Positions 40,409 to 50,169 of a DNA stretch of 64,000 bases are shown in pieces (position 1 is the stretch's first letter; every line of letters starts with the position of its first letter). Where the stretch lies: NCBI GenBank assembly GCA_965223265.1, contig OZ244999.1, positions 6,464,001-6,528,000 on the forward strand, written 5' to 3'. The stretch is from Planctomycetota bacterium. Lineage in GTDB: Bacteria; Planctomycetota; UBA8108; SXIK01. Position numbers and translations under genes: made by a program. Under the pieces are notes generated by a model, which was not told the DNA's origin, made no database searches, and saw only the letters and a list, made by a program, of their open reading frames with translations.

Positions 40409-42331
40409 TCACTCGTCTTCCTGATCACCGTTCAGCAATCGGTCGAGGTATCTCTGGACATGCGCCTTCCGCTCGATCGGGAGCGGTTCCGTCTCGACTT
40501 CCTCGGCGAGTTCCTGAATTGCCTGGCTGACATTGACCTTGCCTTCGAAGGTCGCTTCACCACGCATGAGTGGTCCATCGACATCGAACTTGCCAACAAT
40601 CATGCCGCGAGGATTGAGCTGCTTCGCCTTGATCTTCTCGCGCTTCATTGTGGTGTCATGCGGCGCCACGCCAGGCCCGGCGCCGTTCGCACGGCCCGGC
40701 CCACTGCCGGACTTGGGTCCGGTTCTCTGTGACTGTCCCAATGACAACTTCAATCCGTTTGCTGCGCTCCGACCGGAGCCCTGGGCCTGGCCGCTTCACG
40801 TGCCGCCAGGCTTGCCTTTGCCGCCCTGTCATGTGCCGCCGGGTTTCTGACCCTGCGCCAGTTTCTTACCGCAGTTCGCACAGCGATGCAGCTGTCCCAT
40901 CTGCGCCTTGGTCTGCTTGATGAGCTCCATCGCCTGTCGCAGCGCCGCCAGGTCCTGGGAAAGTTGGGCGAGGGAGTTCAAGTCCTGATCCATCCCCTGC
41001 ATGTTCGAAAGCATCTTGGCCATGTCAGCGCTGCTCATGCTCAGCGACTCCATCCCGCTGAGGCTGTTGGCAAACGCCCCCGACTGTCGCGACAGCCGTG
41101 CGAGCTCCTTCTGCAGCTGCTTGATCCGCTGCTTCTCCTTTTCGGTGAGCTGCTTCGGATCTTTCTTCGCGAGCTGCTGCAACTCCTTGGTCAGTTTGTC
41201 GAGCTCTGTCTTTGCCTTCGCGAAGTCGCCCTGTTTGAGCGCGGCTTGCAGCGCCTTCGTAGCGACCAGCGATTTGAGCGACAAACCCTCGAGCTTCTTG
41301 CGCATCTTGTCGAACTGGTCGAAACGGTTGGCGGCGAGACCCTGCTTGAGAATCTCTTCGCGGCGCGCGATTTCGAGGAGCCCCTTCTTCTGCGCGTCGC
41401 TCCTCTTGGCCGCGCCGTCGCCCTTTTGCTCCTGGGAACCTGGCTGCTGCCGGTTTGGCTTTTTTGCCTCAGGGTCATACTTGCTCAGTCGCTTCAACAG
41501 CTCCTGTGTTTCCTTCGAGGTGTTCTCGGCGGCCTTTGCCTCGAGGCGATCGAGCTCTTTTTTGAGTTTGTCTTTTTCCTCGTCGATGGCCTTCGCCATC
41601 TCCTCTTCGTGCGAAGCGCCTTCGGCCGTCGAAGAGAGTCCAAAAGGATCAAGAATCGGCAGGAATGTCAGCGCCACGGCAGCGAAGACGGGTACTACGA
41701 TCCACAAAGCACGGCGTCTTGGGGTGAGAGGGAACACCTGGCGGACGTCAGCGTCCAACAACGATCGCCCGGCGTCAGCGACGACGAGGCCGGCCCACTC
41801 GCTCTGGCCGCGGCGAGTCGAGTCTGCCGCAGACCGTACGTGCGCCGCGGCGACTTCGGGATGCTCAGCGAAGTACGCACTGGCGACGCGTTCCTTCATC
41901 GCCAGTCGGCGATCCGTCTCGACGGCAGTGTCGAACAGTCGAGGACGCCGAAGGAAAAGGGCTCGCACCATGGCGGCCACGAGACTCAGACCAGCGATTG
42001 CCGATACGATCTCGAGGCGGAAAACGCCCGGATAGAGGAGTCGGTCGACGACGATCAAAAGCGCGCTCACTGACGCGGCAAGAATCGCATAGGTGACGAG
42101 ATGGTGCCCAAAGCAAGCAAGCGTCAACCGACGGCGCCCCCGGCGAAGGAATTGCTCGAGGTGGGCTGCCGCATCGCGGCCCTCGGCAGCGCCAGGGTCT
42201 ACCGAGTGCCCCACTTTCGAGCCCCCAACCGAATCCCCCACTACCGAATCTCCCGCGGCCGATCGACCGTCAGCCTCAGGCAGCGGAGAATCGCGCATGG
42301 GAGAGGAATCGTCTCGTCTCGACATAGCCAC
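40409..42331 (-). CDS. Membrane-anchored coiled-coil protein of the MoxR/vWA operon; probably one 640-aa CDS with two in-frame TGA (putative selenocysteine) codons
   Basis: ORFs 40829..42331 and 40409..40753 are in the same frame, separated only by TGA at 40829-40831 and 40796-40798 in the context CANC...KPGGT*QGGKGKPGGT*SGQ; the end LPIERKAHVQRYLDRL resembles the usual C-terminus of such proteins. Confidence 0.7.
40766..40779 (-). promoter_or_regulatory. Candidate bacterial SECIS hairpin
   Basis: GCTCC-GGTC-GGAGC; stem starts 16 nt and the G-initial loop 21 nt after the second TGA. Confidence 0.45.
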
Positions 42332-42560
42332 CCCGACTCGATCAGGTCACGTAGGGCCCGGCGTCGTGTACCGGAAAATCTTTGACCGCAATGACTTCGG
42401 CCGAATCAACAGCGTCTGGACAGGCGCCGCGCAGCATCGTGGCATCCGCCCACGACCGGCTGCAGGCGTTATCATAAGTCGCCCCAGCGCCGCCGACAAG
42501 TTCTCCGGGGAATTCCCACAAAAAAAGCCATCGCGCCCGTGGCTCGCGGTACCCGCGTTC

Positions 42561-43910
42561 TCACTGCGTCGAGGCCGCCCCCTCCTCCGGTGTGATAACG
42601 AACGCCGAGTAGTTCTCTGGGTCGAGCAATTGCTCGACACGATCGGCGACGACCTCCTGCCGGATCCCGCCCAACAGATCCACGACCTCAAAAAGATCAA
42701 AATCGTGGAACTCATAGAAAGTGAAGTGGTTAGCGATGTACTCGAGGGAGTTGAACGCGCTGATAAAGTGACCCGTGAAGCGACGTTTCTCGCGCTCGAA
42801 CTCGTCCTCTTCAACGCCACGCTCCCGACAAGCGACGATCGATTGAACGACCGCCTCCTCGAGACGCTCGGGAGCAGGCGTGTCCCCGCCGATCATCGAA
42901 TAACCGACGCCAGCACCAAGGTTGTAGGAAGACCCGAAATCATCGGTGATCAGCTCCCTCTCGTAGAGGTCGCGGTAGAGGTCGCTGCCGCGTCCGAACA
43001 ACAGTTCGAGGGCCAGCTCCGAGGCGAGCTCGTGCTCGACGAACGCCTTGCCGCTAACGGGGACGTCCAGCTCCTTGAAGCCGAGGAGAAGCTTCGGCAC
43101 GGCCACGGCCATCGATCGCCGCTGGTGGTGCCGCGCCACGCCCTGGCTCTCCGGTGGGAAACGCCGCTCCACAACAGCTCGCCGCCGTCCAGAAGTCGAA
43201 CGTTCGCCGGAATCGGAGTGCTCCGCCACAAATCGAAAGAGCTCGCCTGGATCCACGTCGCCGACGACGAACAGGATCATATTCTTCGGATGGTAAAACG
43301 CATCGTGACACCGGTGGAGAAGCTCCGGTGTGATCTCGGCAATGCTCTCCGGCGTGCCGGCGATGTCGATGCGCAGCGGGTGCCGTACAAACAACTCCTC
43401 TAACACCCCCATGTAGCTCACCCACCCAGGGCTATCATCATAGCCCTTGATCTCTTGCTCGATGATGCCCCGCTCCTTCTCGACCTTGTCTGGGGCGAAT
43501 ACAGGATGCTCGACGAAGTCGATCAGAAGCTTGAGGTTGTCGTAGAACTCGTGCGTTGACGCGAATAGATACGTCGTCGTCGTGAAGGACGTCGACGCAT
43601 TACTGTACGCGCCGTTGCGTGCGAAGAGATCTGAGACATTGCCGGCTTCGGTCTCAAAGAGCACGTGCTCGAGATAATGCGCGATGCCATCCGGAACTTG
43701 CACGCGTTCCCCGCCTTCAACGACGAAGTCGTTGTCGACCGAGCCATAGTACGTCGAGTAGCTCGCGTAGCGTTTCCTAAAGCCCGGCTTGGGACACACC
43801 ATAACGCGCAACCCAGACGGCAGCACCTCGCAGAAGACTTCTTCCTTAAGAGTCGTACTCCAGCGTCGCTGACGCTCGCGTGGGCTCGTCCTCGAGTCTT
43901 CCTTCGACAT
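42561..43910 (-). CDS. M16 family zinc peptidase, active subunit (YmfH-like)
   Basis: VPDGIAHYLEH (HxxEH), NASTS, EKERGIIEQE, HPLRIDIAGT; start placed at ATG 43910. Confidence 0.88.
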   Translation of the reverse strand: MSKEDSRTSPRERQRRWSTTLKEEVFCEVLPSGLRVMVCPKPGFRKRYASYSTYYGSVDNDFVVEGGERVQVPDGIAHYLEHVLFETEAGNVSDLFARNGAYSNASTSFTTTTYLFASTHEFYDNLKLLIDFVEHPVFAPDKVEKERGIIEQEIKGYDDSPGWVSYMGVLEELFVRHPLRIDIAGTPESIAEITPELLHRCHDAFYHPKNMILFVVGDVDPGELFRFVAEHSDSGERSTSGRRRAVVERRFPPESQGVARHHQRRSMAVAVPKLLLGFKELDVPVSGKAFVEHELASELALELLFGRGSDLYRDLYERELITDDFGSSYNLGAGVGYSMIGGDTPAPERLEEAVVQSIVACRERGVEEDEFEREKRRFTGHFISAFNSLEYIANHFTFYEFHDFDLFEVVDLLGGIRQEVVADRVEQLLDPENYSAFVITPEEGAASTQ

Positions 43911-44019
43911 GAACCGCTTGTCCTGTTCTTCTAGCACTTGTGGAAATCTACACGGCATACTCAACGTTCATACCTAACGCGTCGACCCCACGGGCCTCGC
44001 GAGCGGCGCAAGGCAGAAC

Positions 44020-45318
44020 CTAGCCGCGCGTCAAGAGATAGCTTGTGTCCAAATCGAGCTGCTGCGACACTTCAACGATGTGGTCCCGGGTCACCCCGCG
44101 AACGCGCTCGCGGAACCGCTCAAGGTCGAGCGGACGCCCATGCAGGCCCCAGACAAAATCGGTCTGTGCTAGGGCGCTGGGGTTATCCTCCAGCATTTCG
44201 TTCTGATTGAGGATCGTCGCCACAGTCGATGCAATCTCGTCATCGGAAATCTCACCTCTCTGCATCGCCTCCACTTGCTGGCGAATGATGACCGTGGCTT
44301 CATCGACGTTCTCAGGAGCTATGCCGCTCGAGATGGTCAGGAATCGTTTTGTTCGTTCGACGCTCGAACGCACGGAGTAACAGAGGTTCGCCTTTTCGCG
44401 GACATTCTGGAACAGTTTCGAGTGGCTATAGCCGCCGAGAATGCCGTTCATGACGAGGAGCGTCTCGTAGAGGTCGTCCGTGTAAGAAACCTGGTGGCGG
44501 TAGCCCATGACGAGCTTTGCTTGCTGCACGTCCATGGTCTCAACGGCAGACTTGGGCTCGTCGACAGGCCCGAGCGACGCCGGTCGTTCGTTGACAGCAA
44601 GCTCGAGCGGACGGTCCAGGAACTCACAAAACTCACGCGTGATGAGATCCTTCGTGGGTTCAATCTCAAGGTCACCCACGACGTACACGGAAATCGGGTA
44701 GTGGCTCAACCAATCCTTATGGAATTGCCGCAGCGACTGAGCAGTGATCTGTTTCAAGTCGTCGATGCGGCCGTGCTCGTAAAGACAAAACGGATCGCCC
44801 GCAAACATCGTCTCGAGCATACGCTGTTCGGCATACGCCGATTTTGAGTCAAGTAGCCCACTGATGTGGCGATGCAGATTGGCCTTTTCATGCTCGACGC
44901 AGGCCTTGGGAAAGTCGCCATCGACGAGAAACGGATCGCTCACAGACTGACGAACGAACTCGACAGCTTGACGCAGCACCGAAGCGGACTCCGGCAGGAA
45001 GAGGTCGTTGACGCACTCCATCCGTGCCTGCACGAGGTGCCAATCGCCGATTTTGTAGACCGACGATCCCAAGGACGTGCCATACAGCCCTTCGAGAAAT
45101 CTATTCATGCTCTGCAAATCGGGGTGCGCACGAGTTCCGCGCCGCAGCACCATCGGTAAGAGAGCCATTGACGTGACCGTCTCAGAGGTCAGATTGCCGA
45201 GAAAAGTGACCTGCATCACGACGGTTTTTATCTTTCGACTTGAGCACAACGCCAAGTGGAACCCAGGCGCCGGGTCGAAGTGTACGAAGGTGGATTCGGA
45301 CGTGGTCGTGTCTTTCAC
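44020..45318 (-). CDS. M16 family peptidase, inactive partner subunit (YmfF-like)
   Basis: No HxxEH; LRRGT, QAKLVMG and NGILGG..HSKLFQNVREK..LCY motifs. Confidence 0.85.
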   Translation of the reverse strand: MKDTTTSESTFVHFDPAPGFHLALCSSRKIKTVVMQVTFLGNLTSETVTSMALLPMVLRRGTRAHPDLQSMNRFLEGLYGTSLGSSVYKIGDWHLVQARMECVNDLFLPESASVLRQAVEFVRQSVSDPFLVDGDFPKACVEHEKANLHRHISGLLDSKSAYAEQRMLETMFAGDPFCLYEHGRIDDLKQITAQSLRQFHKDWLSHYPISVYVVGDLEIEPTKDLITREFCEFLDRPLELAVNERPASLGPVDEPKSAVETMDVQQAKLVMGYRHQVSYTDDLYETLLVMNGILGGYSHSKLFQNVREKANLCYSVRSSVERTKRFLTISSGIAPENVDEATVIIRQQVEAMQRGEISDDEIASTVATILNQNEMLEDNPSALAQTDFVWGLHGRPLDLERFRERVRGVTRDHIVEVSQQLDLDTSYLLTRG

Positions 45319-45428
45319 AGTTGGTAACGTAGAGCTGAAGAAAGATGCCTATGACTTGGCTGTACGCCGCTGGAAAGATCTACGCGGCGCCGCGCGCTCC
45401 CGTCCGCCCGCCGGTCCGTACGTTCGCG

Positions 45429-47432
45429 TCACTTCCGATCAAACAGCCTTTCGATCTCCCGTTGACTGAAAACGACAGCCGTCGGTCGACCATGAGGACA
45501 GTGTCGGAGATCCGAAGCGCACTCACCGCGCTGCAGGAGACTCCGGATGTCCTCGGCCTCCAAAGTTGTACCACCTTTGACGGCTCGCTTACACGCGATC
45601 GTTGCAGCGATTCGCCGCAGGGGACCCTCGACGCTACTGGGCATGTCCCGCTCGCGGGCCTCCCGACTCGTCGCTGTTTTCACTGCGCCGGCTTGAAAAT
45701 CGAGCAAAATCGCGCTGATCATCTCGCCGAGGTCAGTGGCTCCCGCCTCGCGATCGAAAATACTCGGGAGCGCGTGCACGGCAACCGATTCCGGTCCGAA
45801 CGCCTCCATCTCAAAACCGAAACGTGCCAGAAGCGTCGCCACTTCGTCCACGAGTGGCATCAGCTCCGTTGAGATCGTCACAACTTCAGGCACCAGCAGA
45901 CGCTGACTCTCGACGACACCGTCGACAAGACGTTGATACACCGATTCAAAGAGGATTTTCTCATGCAGAGCGTGTTGATCGATGATCATCAGCTGACCGG
46001 CCACCTCGACGATGATGTAGGTGTCGAAGACCTGGATCACCCGTGCGCCCGCCCCCGGGAGACCGCTGAGACGCGAGGAGTCGGCCGCCTCGGCCGCCGG
46101 GCCGCGACTCCCCACGCTGGTGTTTGTCGCCGCGACGCTGTCGGGCAGTGCTGACGGAGCCCCACCAGCGGTCGGAGTTTGGGGCGCGGGAGCCGCCTCG
46201 GCGCCGGTCTGCCGCCCTCTCGCACCGCCGTCGCTCTCTCCACCTTCCACTGCGACCGGCGGCAGCTCGAACGAAGCCACCGCTCCGTCTGCCGACGCCT
46301 GGTCGAGCACTTCGTCCGGCTGCTTCTGCTGTTGCTCCCAGCGAAACTCGCGGCCGGTGATTTCAGCGAAGAGATCTCCCATCGTCGGTGCCGGATCTGC
46401 ATCGGTTGAAGTTTCTTCCGACTCGGAGGTCGTTTCGCCGAGATTCTCCAGCGCCCGGCGAACGGCATGGTGGACAAGCCGGTAGATCGACGATGAGTCG
46501 CGAAAACGCACCTCCGTCTTCGTCGGGTGCACGTTGACGTCGATCTCTCCTCGCGGAAACTCAAGAAAAAGGTAAGCAATCGGTTGATAACCCGGAATGA
46601 GGAATCCTTGGTAGGCGCTCCGCAGCGCATGCGACAACGTTCGGTCCCGAATCCAGCGACCGTTGGCGAAGAAATGCTGCTCCTTGGCGTCGCGGCGCCG
46701 CGTACTTGGTGCCGCGACAAACCCGACGACAGACGGAAATTTGGGATCGTCGCCGGCTCGGATTTCGATCAAAGCTTCGCTCACCTTGCGCGAGACGAGT
46801 TGACGTACGCGCTCGCCCAAGTCGTCGGTTGCCGCCACGTCCAAAACTTCGCGGCCGCCATGCACGAGCCTGAACCTGACTCCGGGCGCGCCGAGGGCGA
46901 TACGCGTGACCTGTTGAATACAGTGCGACACCTCAGTCGCGGCGGCGCGCAAAAACTTGCGTCGCGCCGGAACGTTGTAGAACAGGTCGCGCACCTCAAC
47001 GCAGCTCCCCGGGGCTCCAGCGTGCGGCTCGGGAGCGTCCATCCCCGGCCGATATCGATACGGGTGTTCCGCGGCAGGCGGCTGCGACACGATCTCCGCC
47101 ATACTGACGGCAGCGACGCTGGCGAGCGCCTCACCTCGAAACCCAAGCGACGAAAACCCAAGCTCGTTGGCGCTAAGCTCTTCGTCTCGCAGTTTACTCG
47201 TGGCATGTCCGTGGAAAGCCAGCTCCAGCTCACCGGGTGCGATGCCGCAGCCATTGTCGCGCACACTGATCAGCTTCTTTCCTCCGTCCTCAAGGAGGAT
47301 CGTGACCTCAGTGGCATCCGCGTCCAGGCTGTTCTCGACGAGTTCTTTCACGACACTCGCCGGTCGCTCGATCACTTCTCCCGCCGCGACGCGATTGATG
47401 ATCTCCGGCGGTAAGATTCGAATCTTGGGCAT
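45429..47432 (-). CDS. mutL: DNA mismatch repair endonuclease MutL
   Basis: AAGEVIERP, GFRGEAL, DVNVHPTK, DQHALHEK, ACK, CPHGRP. Confidence 0.96.
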   Translation of the reverse strand: MPKIRILPPEIINRVAAGEVIERPASVVKELVENSLDADATEVTILLEDGGKKLISVRDNGCGIAPGELELAFHGHATSKLRDEELSANELGFSSLGFRGEALASVAAVSMAEIVSQPPAAEHPYRYRPGMDAPEPHAGAPGSCVEVRDLFYNVPARRKFLRAAATEVSHCIQQVTRIALGAPGVRFRLVHGGREVLDVAATDDLGERVRQLVSRKVSEALIEIRAGDDPKFPSVVGFVAAPSTRRRDAKEQHFFANGRWIRDRTLSHALRSAYQGFLIPGYQPIAYLFLEFPRGEIDVNVHPTKTEVRFRDSSSIYRLVHHAVRRALENLGETTSESEETSTDADPAPTMGDLFAEITGREFRWEQQQKQPDEVLDQASADGAVASFELPPVAVEGGESDGGARGRQTGAEAAPAPQTPTAGGAPSALPDSVAATNTSVGSRGPAAEAADSSRLSGLPGAGARVIQVFDTYIIVEVAGQLMIIDQHALHEKILFESVYQRLVDGVVESQRLLVPEVVTISTELMPLVDEVATLLARFGFEMEAFGPESVAVHALPSIFDREAGATDLGEMISAILLDFQAGAVKTATSREARERDMPSSVEGPLRRIAATIACKRAVKGGTTLEAEDIRSLLQRGECASDLRHCPHGRPTAVVFSQREIERLFDRK

Positions 47433-47615
47433 GCCTCTCTCCTCTCATCCCCCGAGCCTCTGCAAAAAACCGCAGGCAAGATGCAAGCCGCAAACCGGCT
47501 GGAACTCTCTTTCCCAGAGCTCTTCTGCAGGCACTCGGATCATTCTCTCAAGTGAGCGCCCTCTCACTGGCGCTGCGATTCCAGCCCGGTGTGATCCATC
47601 GGGCGAGCATCAAAG

Positions 47616-48485
47616 CTACTGCGACTGCAGCAGATGATTTGCACACACGAATGTGTTTCGAGCCAACATCGCGACAGTGATCGGTCCCACCCCACCCGGC
47701 ACTGGCGTAATCCAGCTAGCCTTTGGCGAGACCGAGTCATAGTCCACGTCCCCGACAACGCCTCGCCTGCCCGGAACACGATTGATGCCAACGTCGATCA
47801 CGATGACGCCGTCACGGACCATATCACCGGTGATCAATCCCGGTTTACCGACGGCAACCACAAGGATATCAGCATTTCGCGTATGCTCCTCGAGGCCGCG
47901 CGTCGCGATGTGACACGTCGTCAACGTCGCCATCTCCTGGAGCAAGCAAAGCCCAACCGGCTTGCCGACGATGTCGCTGTGGCCGACTACGACGACGTGT
48001 TTGCCTTCAACGTCGACCCCGGTCGAGTCAATCGCCTCGAGAACCGCAAGAGCGGTACACGGCCCTGTCGCATGTCGATCGTAGATCAACCGCCCCAAAT
48101 TCGTCGGATTGACACCCTCGACGTCCTTGGTGGCGTCGATCCTCTCCTGAACGGGAGCCGCCGGGATCTCGTCGGGAAGCGGCATCGTGAGTAGGATTCC
48201 CGTCACCGTCGGGTTGGCGTTGAGAGCATCTATGTGGCTAAAGAGAGCGTCGACCGTCGTCGTCTGATCGAGTGACAGATGCGTCAGCTGAATGCCCAGT
48301 TCAGCGAAACGCTCCTTCTGCTTTCGGATGTACACTTCGGACCCGGCGCTACCGCCGACCTGGACGGCCACTAAATTCGGGACCAGCCCGTCGCGTCGAA
48401 GCTTAGCGACCCCGAGACGCACCTCGCCGAGGATTCGCTCAGCGATTGCCTGTCCGTCGATCTCATTTGCCTTGGGCGCGTTCAT
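47616..48485 (-). CDS. folD: Methylenetetrahydrofolate dehydrogenase/cyclohydrolase
   Basis: KDVEG, PCT, SDIVGKP, IDVGIN, TPVPGGVGP. Confidence 0.95.
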   Translation of the reverse strand: MNAPKANEIDGQAIAERILGEVRLGVAKLRRDGLVPNLVAVQVGGSAGSEVYIRKQKERFAELGIQLTHLSLDQTTTVDALFSHIDALNANPTVTGILLTMPLPDEIPAAPVQERIDATKDVEGVNPTNLGRLIYDRHATGPCTALAVLEAIDSTGVDVEGKHVVVVGHSDIVGKPVGLCLLQEMATLTTCHIATRGLEEHTRNADILVVAVGKPGLITGDMVRDGVIVIDVGINRVPGRRGVVGDVDYDSVSPKASWITPVPGGVGPITVAMLARNTFVCANHLLQSQ

Positions 48486-49054
48486 CGACTCTTCCCATCG
48501 ACTCGATCCGTACGACTCCCCGCGTCACGCCGCCAGATTCCGCTACGCCCCCCGCTCTTTTCGACCACATGCGCGTGCTCGATGGACGCGCCGCGGTCGA
48601 CCGCTTTCACCATATCGTAGACGGTTAGAGCGGCCACAGTCGCCGCGGTGAAAGCTTCCATTTCGACTCCGGTACGCGCCACGACCGAGGTTTCCGCCTC
48701 GATCTGTAGTCGCGCGTCCTGGTTGCCCTCGCCTTCATCGGCAAGCCAACTGAACTCGATCTGGACGTGGTCGAGCGGCAACGGATGGCAAAGAGGAATG
48801 AGGTCTGCGGTGCGTTTCGCGGCTTGTATGCCGGCGATACGAGCGACTCCGAGAACACTGCCCTTCGGGTGGCTGTCGCTCGCAATCAAGTCGCGGGTCG
48901 CAGACAGCATGCGCACGACGCACCGCGCCCTAGCGCGCCGCGACGTCGGCTTCTTGTCCCCGACATCGACCATGCGGGCGGCCCCGTCAGGATCGACGTG
49001 CGAAAGCTCAGCGCCGGCCGCAGACTCCCGCGGCGATTTCGACTCTTGGCTCAT
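48482..49054 (-). CDS. moaC: Cyclic pyranopterin monophosphate synthase
   Basis: LSHVD..G.ARMVDV, LIPLCHP, TGVEMEA, YDMVKAVD, KSGG; start placed at ATG 49054. Confidence 0.94.
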   Translation of the reverse strand: MSQESKSPRESAAGAELSHVDPDGAARMVDVGDKKPTSRRARARCVVRMLSATRDLIASDSHPKGSVLGVARIAGIQAAKRTADLIPLCHPLPLDHVQIEFSWLADEGEGNQDARLQIEAETSVVARTGVEMEAFTAATVAALTVYDMVKAVDRGASIEHAHVVEKSGGRSGIWRRDAGSRTDRVDGKSR

Positions 49055-49142
49055 TGATTCAGCCGCGGAGAGGTGTGAATGCGTCGCGGCATCGGCGAGC
49101 GCGAGGCCATTTCTGAGCACCGATGGCCTGTAGCCCCCATGG

Positions 49143-50168
49143 CTAACGCCTACGCCGCAATACATAGTCGCCAAGAAGCTCCAGAGACTCACGCACGTCG
49201 CCAGCGCCTCCGCCGCCGGTCGGCGGAGTTCGGAGCGGACGCCCGACGATCTCTTTGAGTTCCTCCTTCGCGCTGCGGACAAACGCCTCCGCGCGATCCA
49301 AGCATTGATCGATGATGCCGTGCTCGAACACCATCGTTTGGATACGAGCCTCGACTTCAGTCGACAGCGGTCGAGCCAGCTCATCGCGAAGACTCGCTGC
49401 CTCACGACTTGAAACGTTTTCCAACAAATAGATCAGCGGTAAAGTCACCTTGTTCTGGCGTAGATCGCTCCCGAGGCTCTTACCGGCGACGACTTCAGTG
49501 CCGGAATAGTCAAGGCAGTCATCGACGATCTGGAACGCCATGCCGAGGGCGTTTCCAAAGCGGTGCAGTCGATCGCAATCGGGCGCGCCGAAACCGGCCA
49601 GCGTCGCGCCAACGCGACACGCTACGGCGTAGAGAATCGCGGTCTTTTGATGGATGATTTCGAAATAGTGCGTCTCGTCCATCTCCGGCTGAAAACGACT
49701 TTGCAGCTGCAGCAGTTCGCCGGCACAAATGGTCTGGGTGGTCTTCGAGAGCAGCGTCGCCATCCCGTCGACGTGGGTCGATAGATGAAACGCGCGCGAG
49801 TAAATAAAATCACCGATCAGAATCGCGGCCCGTTCACCCCATCGTCGATGCACGGTCTCGAGGTTTCTGCGAATGAGCGCAGCATCCAGTACATCGTCGT
49901 GAACCAAAGTCGCGGTGTGAATCAACTCGATCACTGCGCCGATGCGGATGTGGTCCCGACTGCACTCGTCGCCGTTGAGCCGACCGCAGAGAAACACTAG
50001 GGCCGGACGCAATTGCTTGCCGCGAAATCGAGCGACGTGCTGCAAGATGTCATCGAGAATGTCATCGTCGTGAGCAAACTCGCGACTCAGAAAATCGTCG
50101 AGCGCTCCGAGCTCGCGCCGAATCGGCTCGTAGATCAATTGAAGTTGTGGGCCTGCCTTTATGTCCAT
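49143..50168 (-). CDS. Long-chain polyprenyl diphosphate synthase (IspB/HepT-like)
   Basis: GKQLRP, LVHDDVLD, FQIVDDCLD; start placed at ATG 50168. Confidence 0.9.
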   Translation of the reverse strand: MDIKAGPQLQLIYEPIRRELGALDDFLSREFAHDDDILDDILQHVARFRGKQLRPALVFLCGRLNGDECSRDHIRIGAVIELIHTATLVHDDVLDAALIRRNLETVHRRWGERAAILIGDFIYSRAFHLSTHVDGMATLLSKTTQTICAGELLQLQSRFQPEMDETHYFEIIHQKTAILYAVACRVGATLAGFGAPDCDRLHRFGNALGMAFQIVDDCLDYSGTEVVAGKSLGSDLRQNKVTLPLIYLLENVSSREAASLRDELARPLSTEVEARIQTMVFEHGIIDQCLDRAEAFVRSAKEELKEIVGRPLRTPPTGGGGAGDVRESLELLGDYVLRRRR

Positions 50169-50169
50169 T

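Noticed and set aside
40796-40831. Genome-wide UGA reassignment (Trp or Gly) as the explanation for the in-frame TGAs
   Set aside because: TGA ends many genes here at their expected C-termini (sigma factor, asnS, mutL, ATGA overlaps) and long conserved genes have no internal TGA
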